DNA of 64,000 nucleotides from Adineta vaga (taxonomy: Eukaryota; Animalia; Rotifera). A program made the translations under genes and the position numbers. Where the stretch lies: contig CP075493.1 in NCBI GenBank assembly GCA_021613535.1, positions 6,014,001 through 6,078,000 of the forward strand. Direction: 5' to 3'. The notes below the pieces were generated by a model. That model saw only the letters and a program-made list of their open reading frames with translations. It was not told where the DNA came from and searched no databases. Below, piece after piece: positions 1 to 13,129 of the stretch (the first letter of the stretch is position 1; the number at the start of each line of letters is the position of its first letter).

Positions 1-501
1 AACTATCTTCTTTTGGTGAAAACCGTTTTTGCGAAAGATAACGACAGTGTACGGTTTAGTAATTATGATTGATTGCGTAATGATGAGTAGTGACGTTTAT
101 ATAATGAGTCATGTTTCATCGCGAAAATACGAGAAAAAAGGAAACGTTCAGTTTGATGTAAATTATTCTATTCAGTCAAAAAATGAGTCTTGTATTACTA
201 TAATTCCCTACGAACAAAAAAGATCATATTGTCAATCAAAATAACCTGTATGTGATTTCTTTTAATTCATAATTACGCAATATAGTAGAAATTACCTAAT
301 GAGTATACACAATAATTACAATTATTAATCACTCTTCCTCGGTAGTAATCTTGTCCAATGCATACATCCCTCATCTACTATAAATATGGGTCTAGCTCTT
401 GGATTATTTTACAAAGTAGTTACTTACACACTCACGTACTGTGCGATAGTCACTCCAAATATTCATTTGCACTGTCTCTTCATTCTGACAGTTAAGTCAA
501 A

Positions 502-1566
502 ATGCTTGCTAATTCATTAAGACCACCTATCTCCTATGCACCAAGACCTCACATGGGATATTCAACGGGCAATTCCAGTGGATTATCAACAAAAACGATT
601 ATTTGTATTGTTGTTATATTCGTCGTTGTTCTGTTTACAATTGTGGGTGTTGTAGCGATTGCACTTGGTGTTGGTCTCGGAGTTGGCTTGAATAGATCAG
701 ACTCATCGAGTTCATCAGATGCTTCACAATCTTCAACTACCATAGGCTCTTCAGTTACTACGAGTTCGACCAGTCAATTAACAGTTTCTGCAACTACAAC
801 TACAACTACGACTACGACTACGCCATGTCCTACTTGTGGCTGCTCATCGGTTAGTATCAATTCATCACTAGCACGTATCATCAATGGAAATAATGCAATA
901 CCACATAGCTGGCCATGGATTATAGCCCTTTATAAATATGGTGGTTTTACATGTGGTGGTGCATTGATCAGTTACAAACATGTTTTAACAGCCGCTCATT
1001 GTGTATATGATTTATCACCTAGTTCTCTTACTGTCTATGCTGGTTTACATATTTTGTCTGATGCACCCACGAGTCAATATCGCGATGTATCTTCTATCTG
1101 GGTTCATCCTAGTTATACGAGAGCTAGTCTAGATTATGACATCGCCATTCTAAAGCTATCATCAGATTTCATTGGTACAGGTACGGTTAGTCTTGCTTGT
1201 CTTCCTCCAGCAAATAATTCCATACCAACTAACAATGAAAAAGCGATGGCAATTGGATGGGGTAAAATGTCCATTTCAGCCTCTATCACTGAATCAAGCA
1301 CATTGCAGCAAGTTGTTCTTCAAGTTCATAATACAGCACGTAGCTGTTATGTAGGCTCTCGAATTGATCAACAATTTTGTGCAGGATTTGGTGAGACAGG
1401 TACTTGTAGCGGTGATAGCGGAGGACCATTAATGACCAATGTCAATGGTGCATGGACACTCACTGGGGTTGTCAACTATGGACTAGAAAATTGTGATGGA
1501 AGTTCTGGTTTTGCACGAGTCTCTTACTATCGATCATTGATCGATACTCAATTAAAAACGATGTAA
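502..1566 (+). CDS. Type II transmembrane S1 (trypsin-fold) serine protease, intronless
   Basis: 354-aa ORF: N-terminal hydrophobic anchor (IICIVVIFVVVLFTIVGVVAIALGVGLGVGL), Ser/Thr-rich stalk, CGC...R|IING activation site, catalytic motifs LTAAHC, DIAIL and GDSGGP. TATAAA near 379 and AATAAA near 1627. Confidence 0.95.
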   Translation: MLANSLRPPISYAPRPHMGYSTGNSSGLSTKTIICIVVIFVVVLFTIVGVVAIALGVGLGVGLNRSDSSSSSDASQSSTTIGSSVTTSSTSQLTVSATTTTTTTTTTPCPTCGCSSVSINSSLARIINGNNAIPHSWPWIIALYKYGGFTCGGALISYKHVLTAAHCVYDLSPSSLTVYAGLHILSDAPTSQYRDVSSIWVHPSYTRASLDYDIAILKLSSDFIGTGTVSLACLPPANNSIPTNNEKAMAIGWGKMSISASITESSTLQQVVLQVHNTARSCYVGSRIDQQFCAGFGETGTCSGDSGGPLMTNVNGAWTLTGVVNYGLENCDGSSGFARVSYYRSLIDTQLKTM

Positions 1567-4500
1567 TTTTGGTAGTTTTTTCTTTCATATTTAATCTTAT
1601 ATACAATGTAAAATCCATTGTCTTTTAATAAATTAATATCGACAATAAGTGATAAATGTCATATTTACATATACCATAGGGAGTTATCCTATGTTTTTTA
1701 AAATGAGATTGAAAAAGAAAATCGTGTTACTTGTTCGAATCAAGTGCAAAAAAAACGAATGTGAAATAATTCAATTCAGTTTTCGTTACTGACACATACA
1801 TAAGAAAATTATAGAAATATTTTTATACATTATTATGAATTATAAGAAGTCGAAACTGTATTGTGTTCTTCGTATTCTTAGAAAATACATCGTGAGCAAT
1901 GACTGTCTAATACATCATCGATTCTATTGAATAAATCACCGAGAATATTTAATAATAAATGAACTTCCGCATAGCATTGTTGATCGTACGATTTGATACG
2001 AGTAAGGAACATTGCGTTTTTTCTCCTCTATTAATATTAGGCAATTCATTTTGTTGACGTTATCAATCTCGATTAGATACAAGTCAAGGTTATTATCTCG
2101 TAAAAAGTGTCTTTGATAGAAATATTACATGTCATTTATTGAATGCAATCAAATATCATCGATAAGTTTGTCAGAAAATAAACAAAACTTTTGATTGACA
2201 ATTGAAGAGTTAAAAATTTATCAACATCAATGTCATTGATTAACCTTTATCAAAAAAAAAAGATAACTGTGTCATATATTCTTCGTGAAGGAAAAGAACT
2301 GAAATCTAGAATAAAAAAAAAAGACAAATCTACTGTCGACAATGACTTCATGTTGAAGATGGTTGATGAGTTTCCTTTTTCTTTCACTTCACTAGTCTAC
2401 TGTGGTATCTTAATGAAAAATAATATTCATCATTTAATTAAATAATATATCTATAGAAGAGATATGTATTGAAGGTAAGAATAAAGAAAAGATTCTTATT
2501 GTCAACGATAATGTATAGTTATATATGACGTTTTTCTTTTATGTAGAATTCTTTATAGACAATAATGAATTTCAATTGAAAGAGAACAACAATAGATTCT
2601 TTTCATCTTTCAATCTGGGATTTCAAGATTGAACTTCTTCTAATAATTATCGATTTAGTTTTTATTCTATTCTCTATCTACTACACGCAAGTATTTTCTA
2701 GACAATCAATGAACGATAATAATGTAAAGTCATAACTTCGTTATTATTGATGATTATTCTTCATGGTCTTCGGAAAGACTTATTATGTATAGTCAATTGA
2801 ATAGAATAGAATAACAACATTCATCTAATTGATATGATGTCACAGACAAAATCTATCCTTCCATTCGTCTCATTTCTGTCAATGATAGAGATTTCTTTTT
2901 TCACTTGATCGAACAACATCAAAGAAAATGAAAATATAAATCATGTCGATATGAGATAGTCATAATGATTATTGCTCGAAGCCTAAACCGACTTGATTTT
3001 GATGAGATTGTTTTTAACATTATATACATAGAAAACAAAATTAAAATGGACAGCGGGCATATACGTTCTATTTCCCGCTTCTATGCTTTCTTGATATGGA
3101 TCAAGAAAATAGGCTGCTTGAGGATAGTGAATGAACGAAAGACAAAAAAGAAAAAGAATAGCTCATATTCATTCTTCTTCTTCAATCCGATAACAGATAA
3201 TGCTCTCTCTTCTATTCACGTAGTATCAATGACATTCATTCACTCGTTTACAGTTTATTTTTTTGTTATCTCATAAGTATCATTTTGTTTCTTGTAGTCG
3301 GTAAATGGTAAGGTCATGTCAATGTAAGATTTACGACAGATGTCAATTTTGTTTTCTTGAAGTTGCTTTAAGATTCATATTGTTAATTTAATATATCGTG
3401 TAGAGTGTTTTGTATTTTTCTGTTCGACATTGATGAACTAAATACGTATCGACAATTTTCTTTTTCTCATTGAGACACTCTGTTCTAATTTATGGATCGT
3501 GTCGCGACATTAATTGCATCGATTAGAGTGAGACTGTCCATCTGTCTGTGAAGGCAAAAAAGATCGCAGAGAAAGAAAGAAACAGAGAAACAGAGACGGA
3601 AAAAAGTGAGGGTCAGATTGACTTTCATCTTTACACAGAAAATGAAAACAATAGAAAGACTTTTATCTTCTTTTTTTCTCATCAAATCATCACATTCTGA
3701 CATTAAATTTCATGTTTCAGTAATTTCTCACATATGTTCTATATGCACGAGCTATCCGACAGGTGTTTGTTCCATTTTGGTGTTATTAATATAAATCTTC
3801 AATTTGAGTTTTATTCAACATAGCATGTAAAGTTAGATTTGTTGAAGATTAGTTTCTTTTGTTCTCACCGAGTGTATAGCTTGTAACGAGTGTTCATCAT
3901 TTTACTCGTTTCTTCTTCATTTTGTCGATGAGAAAAGCAGACGAGAAGAGAATAGAGAAAGTTGCTCTCTTTCATTTCTAAGTTAAACAGGTAAATGAAA
4001 AAAAAGAAGAAGAAGAAGAAGAAAAGACAGAATATTCTTTATATTAAATATTTGCATCTTCTATCCCAAGGTGAACATATTTCTGTCACTTATCCTTTCG
4101 CCAGTTGCATTTTTTTTGGGTAAGTAAGTATTCAAGTACCACTTTTAGATCGTTCTTCCAACATAATTGAAGTCTATCATTGTTCTGTCCTTCTTCTTCT
4201 TCTTCTTTTTTTATAGATTCATTTACATCTGTTATTATTATGATTGTATTTGTAGACAATTTTGTCATCGATGTAAGTCGAACGTAAATAGACGAAGTTT
4301 CTTTTCTCTTCAGATAACATCTTAAGATTACCTTGAGAATGTCTGTCTGATCGATAATTGTTCTCGATGAACTCAATCGATCATTTAAGAGAAGATCTCA
4401 AGTGTAGAGTAAACATTGCATTGATTTTTTTTGTTTTTGTTATCTATTTCATCGTATTATTATTATTTTTTCTTTTGTGTGTCTTCAGCTTCATTCATTT

Positions 4501-5674
4501 TGTATGTTCAATTGAGTAGTAATCGAATGAAATTTATTATACAAGAAGAAATTTCGACAGTGCCATTTCTTCTCAAATTTCCAATAGAATTGATTACGAT
4601 CGAACAGACATAAGATATAATTGTTTCATTCTATTGTATTATATTGTACAGTAAAAATGACACAGACGGACAGACGGACAGACAGAAAGAATTTATACAA
4701 GTGTAGAATCAGTAAGTAAACATTGCGTTCATTTTTTTTTGAACATGAATTTGTTCATCTCTTCTCCCTTTGCTTGATGTCAAGGTTAATCTTCTCATCA
4801 GGCTTAAAATTTTCTACATGAATCAATATTCTTAATGTTCAATTATCTTTGCCTTTCTTTCTTTCTTTCTTTTTTGATAAGTTGAGAAACTTTTTCGGTT
4901 AATTACAATAATGCTTACTCATCACATAAAGGCCATTTTTCGAATGGCTCATCAATCATTCGATGCCTGCTGTGTGTCGGTCATCAAGGTTACTTATTGA
5001 CCAGCATATCTAAAAACATTCTCTACTTGGAAAGAATAAGATATGAACGAAACCTCCCTTTTCTTTTCTTCTTACCGGTCAGTCAGTCAGTCATCTATAC
5101 ATTGAACAAGACGTACACTCGATTTTTTTTTCGTTTTCTCTCTAATCTTGTTCACTTACGTATATACATATACATCACGAAATGAAATCATTTATCAAGA
5201 CTTGAACTACACTTTGCGTAACATGACAAGTAGTTCTTTCTCATAAGACATATGAAGCCTATATAGATCATAATTTCATTTTAAATGTTTCTCCACCCTC
5301 TTGTCTCCCGTCTAAACTAATCCAATCAACATGTCATTGTTACACAGTAGGATATCAGTTTGATTAGCATTTTATTTAATCACTTGTTTGAAAGATATTG
5401 ATACATAATGATTATTATCAAAAAATGCCATCTTTATATAAACACTCTTCGAAATTTTACACTTGATATCGACAATGATAAATGGTTAAATCAAATCTTC
5501 CTCATCTGATTTCATTCATTTCGTATTCTAACAGACACCTGTTAAGATAGACAATTGATTCGATTTTTTCTTTCTCTTTTCCCATACGTTGATGGAAAGA
5601 TATATATATATATATATAACGATCGATGTGATATTTTAGATACATATAGATTTTTTCTTCTCTGCAAGTGAAAC

Positions 5675-8319
5675 ATGTGGAGAATCATCTTACTTCTGGT
5701 GTTGTACGATGGAATGTTAGTTAAATCAATGGAATTGAGTAAGTATTGCATTTCGAATAGATCGATTCATTTGAAAAATATAACATTTTCTTTTTCCTCT
5801 TTTAGAAAGTATGAATTCATGTCAAATTCCACTTTTATCTACTGCAAAAATTCTTACAAGTAGTACAGATTTAAGCTCAAATACATGGTGTCCTTCATCA
5901 TCCGATCTTGATCGATATTTAATTTTTTCATTATCAAATTTAACATATATTACACGTTTCAATATGAAATCATTATCATCCCAAATACATTATTTTCTTG
6001 AATATACACGTGATAATTCTATTAATGAATATACAACATGGCGTTCCTATCCTGTGGTAAATAATCAAGATGAAACAATTCAATTGAATCCACCAATGAT
6101 AGCAAAATATATTCGAATACGAATTAAACAAAAACAAATAAATCTATGTATTCAAGTCGAATTTTTCGGATGTGGATTTACGGATGGGGTGGTTTCTTAT
6201 AGTATGTTACAAGGTGCTAGTCAACTTGAAGATGATACCTATGATGGGCAATATAATGAAAAAAGTCGTTATTTATATGGTAAAAATAATTCTAATTGAA
6301 GAAATAATAAGATTATATTATTGTTTATTTAGATGGTCTCGGTCAATTATCCGATGGTCAAACAGGACCTGATAATCATGAAGATCTTGGTGGACTTCAA
6401 TGGGTAAGAAGTTGTTTTTTGTTTTCGATTTTAAATAATAGAAATTGAAATTTATATTTCTAATTAAGGTTGGTTGGCGTAGACCACGTTCAGCCAAACA
6501 AAATTACTCCATTGAAATTCTATTTAAATTTGATGCTTTACGAAACTTTTCACGTTTGACCATTCATGCAAATAATTATTATCCAAAAAAAATCTATGTT
6601 TTTCGTTCAGTTATGATTGAGTTTCTTTACAATGAAAATTCAACATTTCTAACTTATAATCATCAACGTGATGATCAATTTGAAATGGCACGACCGATTA
6701 TGATTGATTTGAAAAATCAAATTGCTTCACAATTAAAAATTCATTTCTTTTTTGATAGCAGTTGGATTTTGATCAGTGAAATGACATTCGATTCATTTAT
6801 TGTCCCAACTCAAACATCGATCAAAACAGAACAAACATCACAATCAGCTTTTATTCTTATTTGTATATTAATGATGATTATGATTGTTATATTAATTATA
6901 ATTATTATTCTAATTCGATCTATAATTAAGAATAATTCACAGAAGAAAAACTGTTATTTATCACCAATACATAATCAAACAAATTCATCCGCATCAACAA
7001 CATCAAGTGAAATCGATGGAACTTCTTCACATCATCGTTATGCAACAATCGGACCAATTCATCCGTATTCATTTTCAGCAAAGCGAAATAATACATCTCC
7101 TTCGTATACAAAATTACTTCCAACAACAGCAACAACTTTAGTGCGATCACCAACATTAATTCAACAAAATCATATTGAAGGTATTTGTGGTAATAGTACA
7201 TATGGTACACAACGAATATTTACATTTGATACCAGTCAACATCAATTTATACCAAGTCATCATGTTTATATTACACAAAGAGTTGAAAATCGACATCAAA
7301 TTTTTGGAGGAGGAGAGGTAACTATATTTAACCGAATTGAATCAATCTTTTCAAAGACACATCATAATCTTTCGGTACATTTTTATTAAGATTTGTTATG
7401 GTAATCTGCAAGTTAATCAATCACCAATACCAATTACTATTCGACGTTTACTGCCAAATGCTTCCGTTCAATCGAAGTAAATATGAAATCATTTCAATCT
7501 CATACAATACGAACTTTTTCCTTTCTTTTTTAGAATTTCATTCTACAATGAAATTAGTCTTTTAACATCTCTTTGTCATCCAAATATTGTTCATGCATAT
7601 GGTTTCTGTTCTGAACCTACAATTTCTCTTCTAACTGAATCATTCGATAGTTCATCAATGGATCTTTATCAATATCTTCAACATCATAAAAACGAACAAC
7701 CGGACGAATCAACTCTTTACACAACGACTGTTTTCTTTGCAACACAAATTTCATCAGCTTTAGCCTATTTAGAATCCTTACATATCTGTCATCGAGATAT
7801 CGCAGCACGAAATTGTTTAGTTTCACTTAATCTCAATGTAAAATTATATGATTTAGCAATGTGTAATGAAATGTATGCCGATGATTATGTATTAGTATCG
7901 TCTGTTGGAAGTGAAAATAAACAAACACGAAGACCTATTCGTTGGTGTGCTTGGGAAACAATCTGTTTGGTAAGATAGTATTATTTCATTTTGAAAATAA
8001 ATTCAACTTCTCATCATTCTAGAATCAATTCACTTCAAAATCTGATGTTTTTTCATTTGGCATTTTACTTTGGGAAATGTTAACATTAGCTGAACGACCA
8101 CATAGTTTATTAGATGATGAACAAGTTCTCTTCAATTTAAACAATACAACTCATTCTCTAATGATTCCATCATATGCAGCCGATTTAACAGATCTTATTT
8201 TATCATGTTGGCGAAAATATGATTATGATCGACCTGCATTTTATCAAATAAATCATCTATTGAATCAACTACAACAATTATTATCAATGAAATCGAATAA
8301 TTATCAACAGATAGATTGA
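5675..8319 (+). CDS. Discoidin domain receptor-like receptor tyrosine kinase with degenerate (pseudo)kinase domain, multi-exon
   Basis: Signal-peptide exon at 5675. Discoidin-like segment (PPMIAKYIRI...CIQVEFFGC), DS-like segment (DDTYDG...GLGQLSDG...WVGW...WILISEMTF), TM helix near 6850-6915, kinase segments HPNIV, HRDIAARNCLV, PIRWCAWE, SDVFSFGILLWE and CW...RPAF. Confidence 0.88.
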
Positions 8320-8486
8320 ATTGTATTATTATTTGACATTTAATTCTAACCCGGTTGTGATCTTTTTCTCTCTTTATATATATATATATATGTGTGTGTG
8401 CTTTTAAATACATGCTAGTGACAAAGATTGATTAAAAATTATTATAAATAATGCCAATGAATGAAAATCATAAAGAATATAGTTAT

Positions 8487-11130
8487 CTATAAATTCGATT
8501 TCACAAATGATGTTTTTACTTCAATTAAAGTATGTTTAATTGAATTTGCCAATGTTTGTGCATCTGTATCTGGACAACTTCGATAAGCAGTAACAACAAA
8601 TGTTGTTCTACAATAAATAAATTATTCATAATAATCTAGACATATCGGTATTTGTTACTTACGCATCATTACCAATGCGATAGAAAACTCCATAGCCATT
8701 CCAACACATTGCTGAAGTTCCACCAACAGTTGTACTAAAACCACAACAACTTGTTGATAATAGAAAATTACCATTTCCACCACTACAAATAAATTAATAA
8801 TTTCATATCAGTAGATATTTCATCATCATCTTCATACCTTTCTACCCATGATGGATCATTGGTAAGTTCAAATGGTTGACCAGTTAAGGAAGCTATCATA
8901 CTTAAACCGAATAAATGTCGATCACAACCTTGATTTTCCGATGCTTCACTCATCAATTGTTGATGACGTTTAGCAGCAAGAAGAAACAATTGTCTTCGAT
9001 CTTTATCCTACATATCAATTGTCAGACGATCATAGATCTAAAAATTTCAATATTACTGAATATTGTTCTTGTTGATTAGTCATTGATCGACACCATGCAA
9101 GTACTTCATTTGTACATGTTCGTAATGTTTCTGTTCTTCCACGAAAGAATTTTCGCGTTGATGCTGTTTCATAGGTTGGTGCTGGTTTATATTTATGTAT
9201 TTTAAAATAAGCTAATTGAAGACATAATTGAAAAAATGTATCAGGATGGATATGAACATATTGTTTAATATCTTCTTTCGTACATTGATGTACACTAGTT
9301 ACTAAAAGATCGATATCAGCTGTTGAACGATTGAATAAAGTAATTGCACGTTCAATCGAAGCCCTTACATAGTCATCATGTATGAAGACTAATTCTTGAA
9401 CTGTTTCTTCATTGTATAATGTAGAAAGTATTGGCCATGAAGTAATTTTTTCAAGAGAATCAATATGATGTTGTATAAGATCACCGATTTGTAATGGAAT
9501 CAAACCTTCATAAGCCGAATGCTATAGTTTGAAAGATATCTAATCATAAATCATCATTATAAAATGATTTTTACATCACTGTTTGTTGCGATAAGACCAT
9601 TGCGAGTAACAATAAAGAGCATAGATCGATCAAACCAACGTGATTGAGGATTTTTTAACATGCTGATACTTGCAAGCTAAAAATATACTTTGATTAGCTT
9701 CGTGTATATTAACCAGCATCTGTTGTGTATGAGATAAAAATGATTTCAGACCAAAAATGTATGATAAAGAAACATATCTCTGGTAATTCTATGCCTTATA
9801 TTCGTTTCTGAAGACAGACTTTTTAATAGGAAAATATTTGTCGTTTTACAATTCATAATATAATGTCTATGCAAATAGTTGAAAAACATGACTTTCATTT
9901 CTAGTTCATGTTAAACAAATATTAATGATTATGTTCACAGAAGAAGAAAAAAAACTATCCTTTGCCTCTTAAATGCATAGTTTTTAATTGCAAACTTAAC
10001 AAACATTACTTTACCTCTGTTAAACTCTCGGTACTTTCATTATCAAATGCATAGACAGCTAATGCTTGTTCAATAATTTGAAGATTTTTTCGATTGCGTT
10101 CATTCATTTGACATAAATGATCACGGACCTAAAATTCCTTCAAATTTAACTTACAAAATCATTCGTTCATTTTAACTGACATCTGCCCAATCATCACGTG
10201 GTAATGCTGTCAATGCACCTATGCCTAGGCCAGGATTTGTCTCACTTCGTTTCATAATATCTTCTAATCTTTGTAGAATTTCCGGTGGTGTTAAAAGTTT
10301 TCCGAATTGATACAGATCAAAAGTATACAATCGACCATGATGTATAACAACCACATGCGTTGGTGGAGATTTGACATCTTCTGAAACTAGATAATAACAG
10401 AAAGACAAAAAAGATTTAGAAACTAAACACTTTTATTTTCATTTCAACAAACCAGTACGAAAACAAGTTGATAATTCATCACATTCTCTATGTGGAATAC
10501 GACATGTATTAAAATAATGTTTATATTGATACATTGTCAATGGATGTTTACCCATGTATGATATTGGATAACGTTCTCTGAAAACGAAAACCAAATTTCA
10601 TTTTATGTGATCTATCGATATAAATATAAGTACTCGCGAATCGTTTGAAATACAATTGCACAAGCATGCATATGAATGCATGTTCGTTCAAGTTGAGAAT
10701 CTACTTTTGGTTCTATTAAACAATTGAAACCTATCATATTCATAATTGGTACAATTGGTAAACGCCATTTGAAATAAATTTCTTCATCCCACCATTTTGC
10801 TAACTAATTCAATGAATAGATATATTTCATTGGTATGAAGATCTTACCCAATTTCTTTCTCGCTGTGTCTCAATTCTTATTTTCAATTGTTCGTGTAAAT
10901 CTCGACCGATTCCTTTCGCAAATTGTTCAACAATTTGTTTCGTTTTATTATAATCATTTTCATCAACAACAGCTCGTACTAAAAATATATACATTGACAT
11001 CGAATTTACGAAGACTTTTTTTCATGATTTTCCTCTATATACCAGAATCAAGATAACGTTCAAGTGTATGTTCCAATGTTGGCAATGGCAATGACGGTAG
11101 ATTATTATCGCATTCAAATGTTTTCTTCAT
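8487..11130 (-). CDS. CROT: Choline/carnitine acyltransferase, most like peroxisomal carnitine O-octanoyltransferase
   Basis: Spliced translation starts MKKTFECDNNLPSLPLPTLEHTLERYLDS and includes APTYETASTRKFFRGRTETLR, GCDRHLFGL and LLSTS (carnitine-binding STS). Ends -KSNL*, a PTS1-like tripeptide. Confidence 0.85.
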
Positions 11131-11454
11131 TGTTCTTTTATGACTTCAACAAGTATGTATATGTATGTATGTGTTTATTTGTCTAGAAAGAGAAAAAAAT
11201 CGCTTTTGTAGATAACAAGAAAGATATGATCTATTACATGTATTCAAAATGCTATTCTTTGATATCGAGATGTGTGTTTACATGATGATAATGTGTAGAA
11301 CATGATTCGAATATATCTAAATCATACAATTAAGATTGAATTGAATCAATTCATTTTATCATATTTTCTTTCCATGTAAGTAAGTAGTAGTAGTCTTTGA
11401 CAGGTTTTTCTTTTCAAAAACCAATAAAATCATTTTCATCGAAAAAATAATCTT

Positions 11455-11470
11455 CACTAGCGCCATCCGA
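11455..11470 (-). promoter_or_regulatory. CTCF-like motif in CROT/CERS divergent promoter
   Basis: Minus strand reads TCGGATGGCGCTAGTG. Flanked by CCAAT boxes at 11421 and 11482. Confidence 0.45.
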
Positions 11471-11726
11471 ATTCTTTCTTGATTGGCCGATTCACGCTAA
11501 CGATGGACAGACAAGCAGGCAGAAGAAGAAAAAAAAAGGGAGAACTCAATTTTAGCAAGATAGAAGAAGATGACTAACTAAATAAACATATCATGCTTTT
11601 CTTTTCATTCCATTTCTTTTGCATTTTCTTTTAGATCATGATTTAAGAAAATATCGAAATGTTCTTTTCATTGAAATATGTGATTTAAATTTGCTGTTTT
11701 CTTTTCTTCTTGCTTTTCCTTTGAAT

Positions 11727-13129
11727 ATGTGGAATGAACATTTTTGGTTACCAAGAAATACAACTTGGAAAGATTTTCTTGAACTTGAACAACAAGGTAT
11801 TTCTGTACCACGTTTTCAAGATCTTCTATATGTGTATCCATTGGCCGGTGTACTTTATATTCTAAGAATTTTATTTGAACGTTATATTGCTCAACCAATT
11901 GGTCGATTATTAGGCATACGAGAACTCTCGAAACGTTTGCAACGTGACACACCTCCTTTAGCAAAATTTAGTGAATCATTTTGGCGTTTTGCTTTTTATC
12001 TGGGTATATTTATCTATGGACTTATAATTCTAAAAGATGTAAAAACAAAACAGAAAATGATCGTGTTTTTCTAAAATAAAATTTATTTTAGAAATCTTGG
12101 ATCGCAGACACGCGTCATTGTTGGTTAAATTATCCAAATCATCGTTTAACCAATGATGTTTTTTGGTATTATATGATTGAACTTGCTTTCTACTGGTCAT
12201 TAGTCTTTTCACAATTTATCGATGTTAAACGAAAAGATTTCTGGCAAATGTTTCTCCATCATATTGCTACGATATCATTACTTTCGTTTTCTTATATTGT
12301 CAATTTTGTACGCATTGGAGCACTAGTACTAGTCGTACATGACTGTGCAGATTATTGGTTGGAAGTAAATACTTTAATTCATTGTTAACAACTAATTGAA
12401 TGCATTTCTTTTTAAGTGTGCAAAAATGGCAAAATATGCTAAAGTACAAAAGATATGTGATACATCATTCGTGATATTTGCACTTGTCTGGTTTGTAACA
12501 CGTCTTTGTTATTATCCATACAAGTACGTACAGAAAAGATAAATAATTAACTGAATTTTCGATAAGAGATTCGTATTTTTACGAGATCAAAAACCATGTA
12601 GAATAAATTAACGTCTTAAAAGATAACGGAAAACTAATAGGTATCTATTTATAGTATCTAACACGTTTCAAGTTGATTTCGCCGAAAGATTTTTTCGAAT
12701 AGATCAAAAAATCGATTCTTTTTCTTTTCAAGAGCACGTTACAACATTCACGGTCATTAGAAGACGTGATTGATTTTCCATGGGTTATTTACATACTACG
12801 TCAGATTAAGAAATCAAATATAAAATTTCTTTCTATTTAGAGTGTTATATACCACAACATTTGAAGAGTTAAATATTCTTGGTTTATTTCCTGCTTATTA
12901 TGTATTCAATGGTCTTTTAATTCTTCTTCAAATTCTTCATTATTTCTGGTTTTATCTTATTTGTCAAGTGGCGATATCAGCGTTCAAAGCCGGCAAAGTA
13001 ACATACATTCTTTGATTGAAACATTTTCTTGCAACTTTGTTTTATTTTTTCTAGGTAAAAAAAGATGAACGAAGTGACAGTGAAGATAGTGATTATGAAC
13101 ACACGAATGATTCTCGAAAAGACAAATGA
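11727..13129 (+). CDS. CERS: Ceramide synthase (TLC/Lag1 domain)
   Basis: MWNEHFWLPRNTTWKDF start, KFSESFWRF, Lag1 motif RKDFWQMFLHHIATISLL...VLVVHDCADYWLE, and acidic C-terminal KDERSDSED tail. Confidence 0.93.

Noticed and set aside
1600-5600. Many 60-100 aa ORFs in the track upstream of the DDR gene
   Set aside because: Low-complexity Phe/Ile/Lys-rich translations typical of AT-rich non-coding DNA, with no motifs or consistent exon chain. This is likely regulatory or 5' UTR intron sequence.
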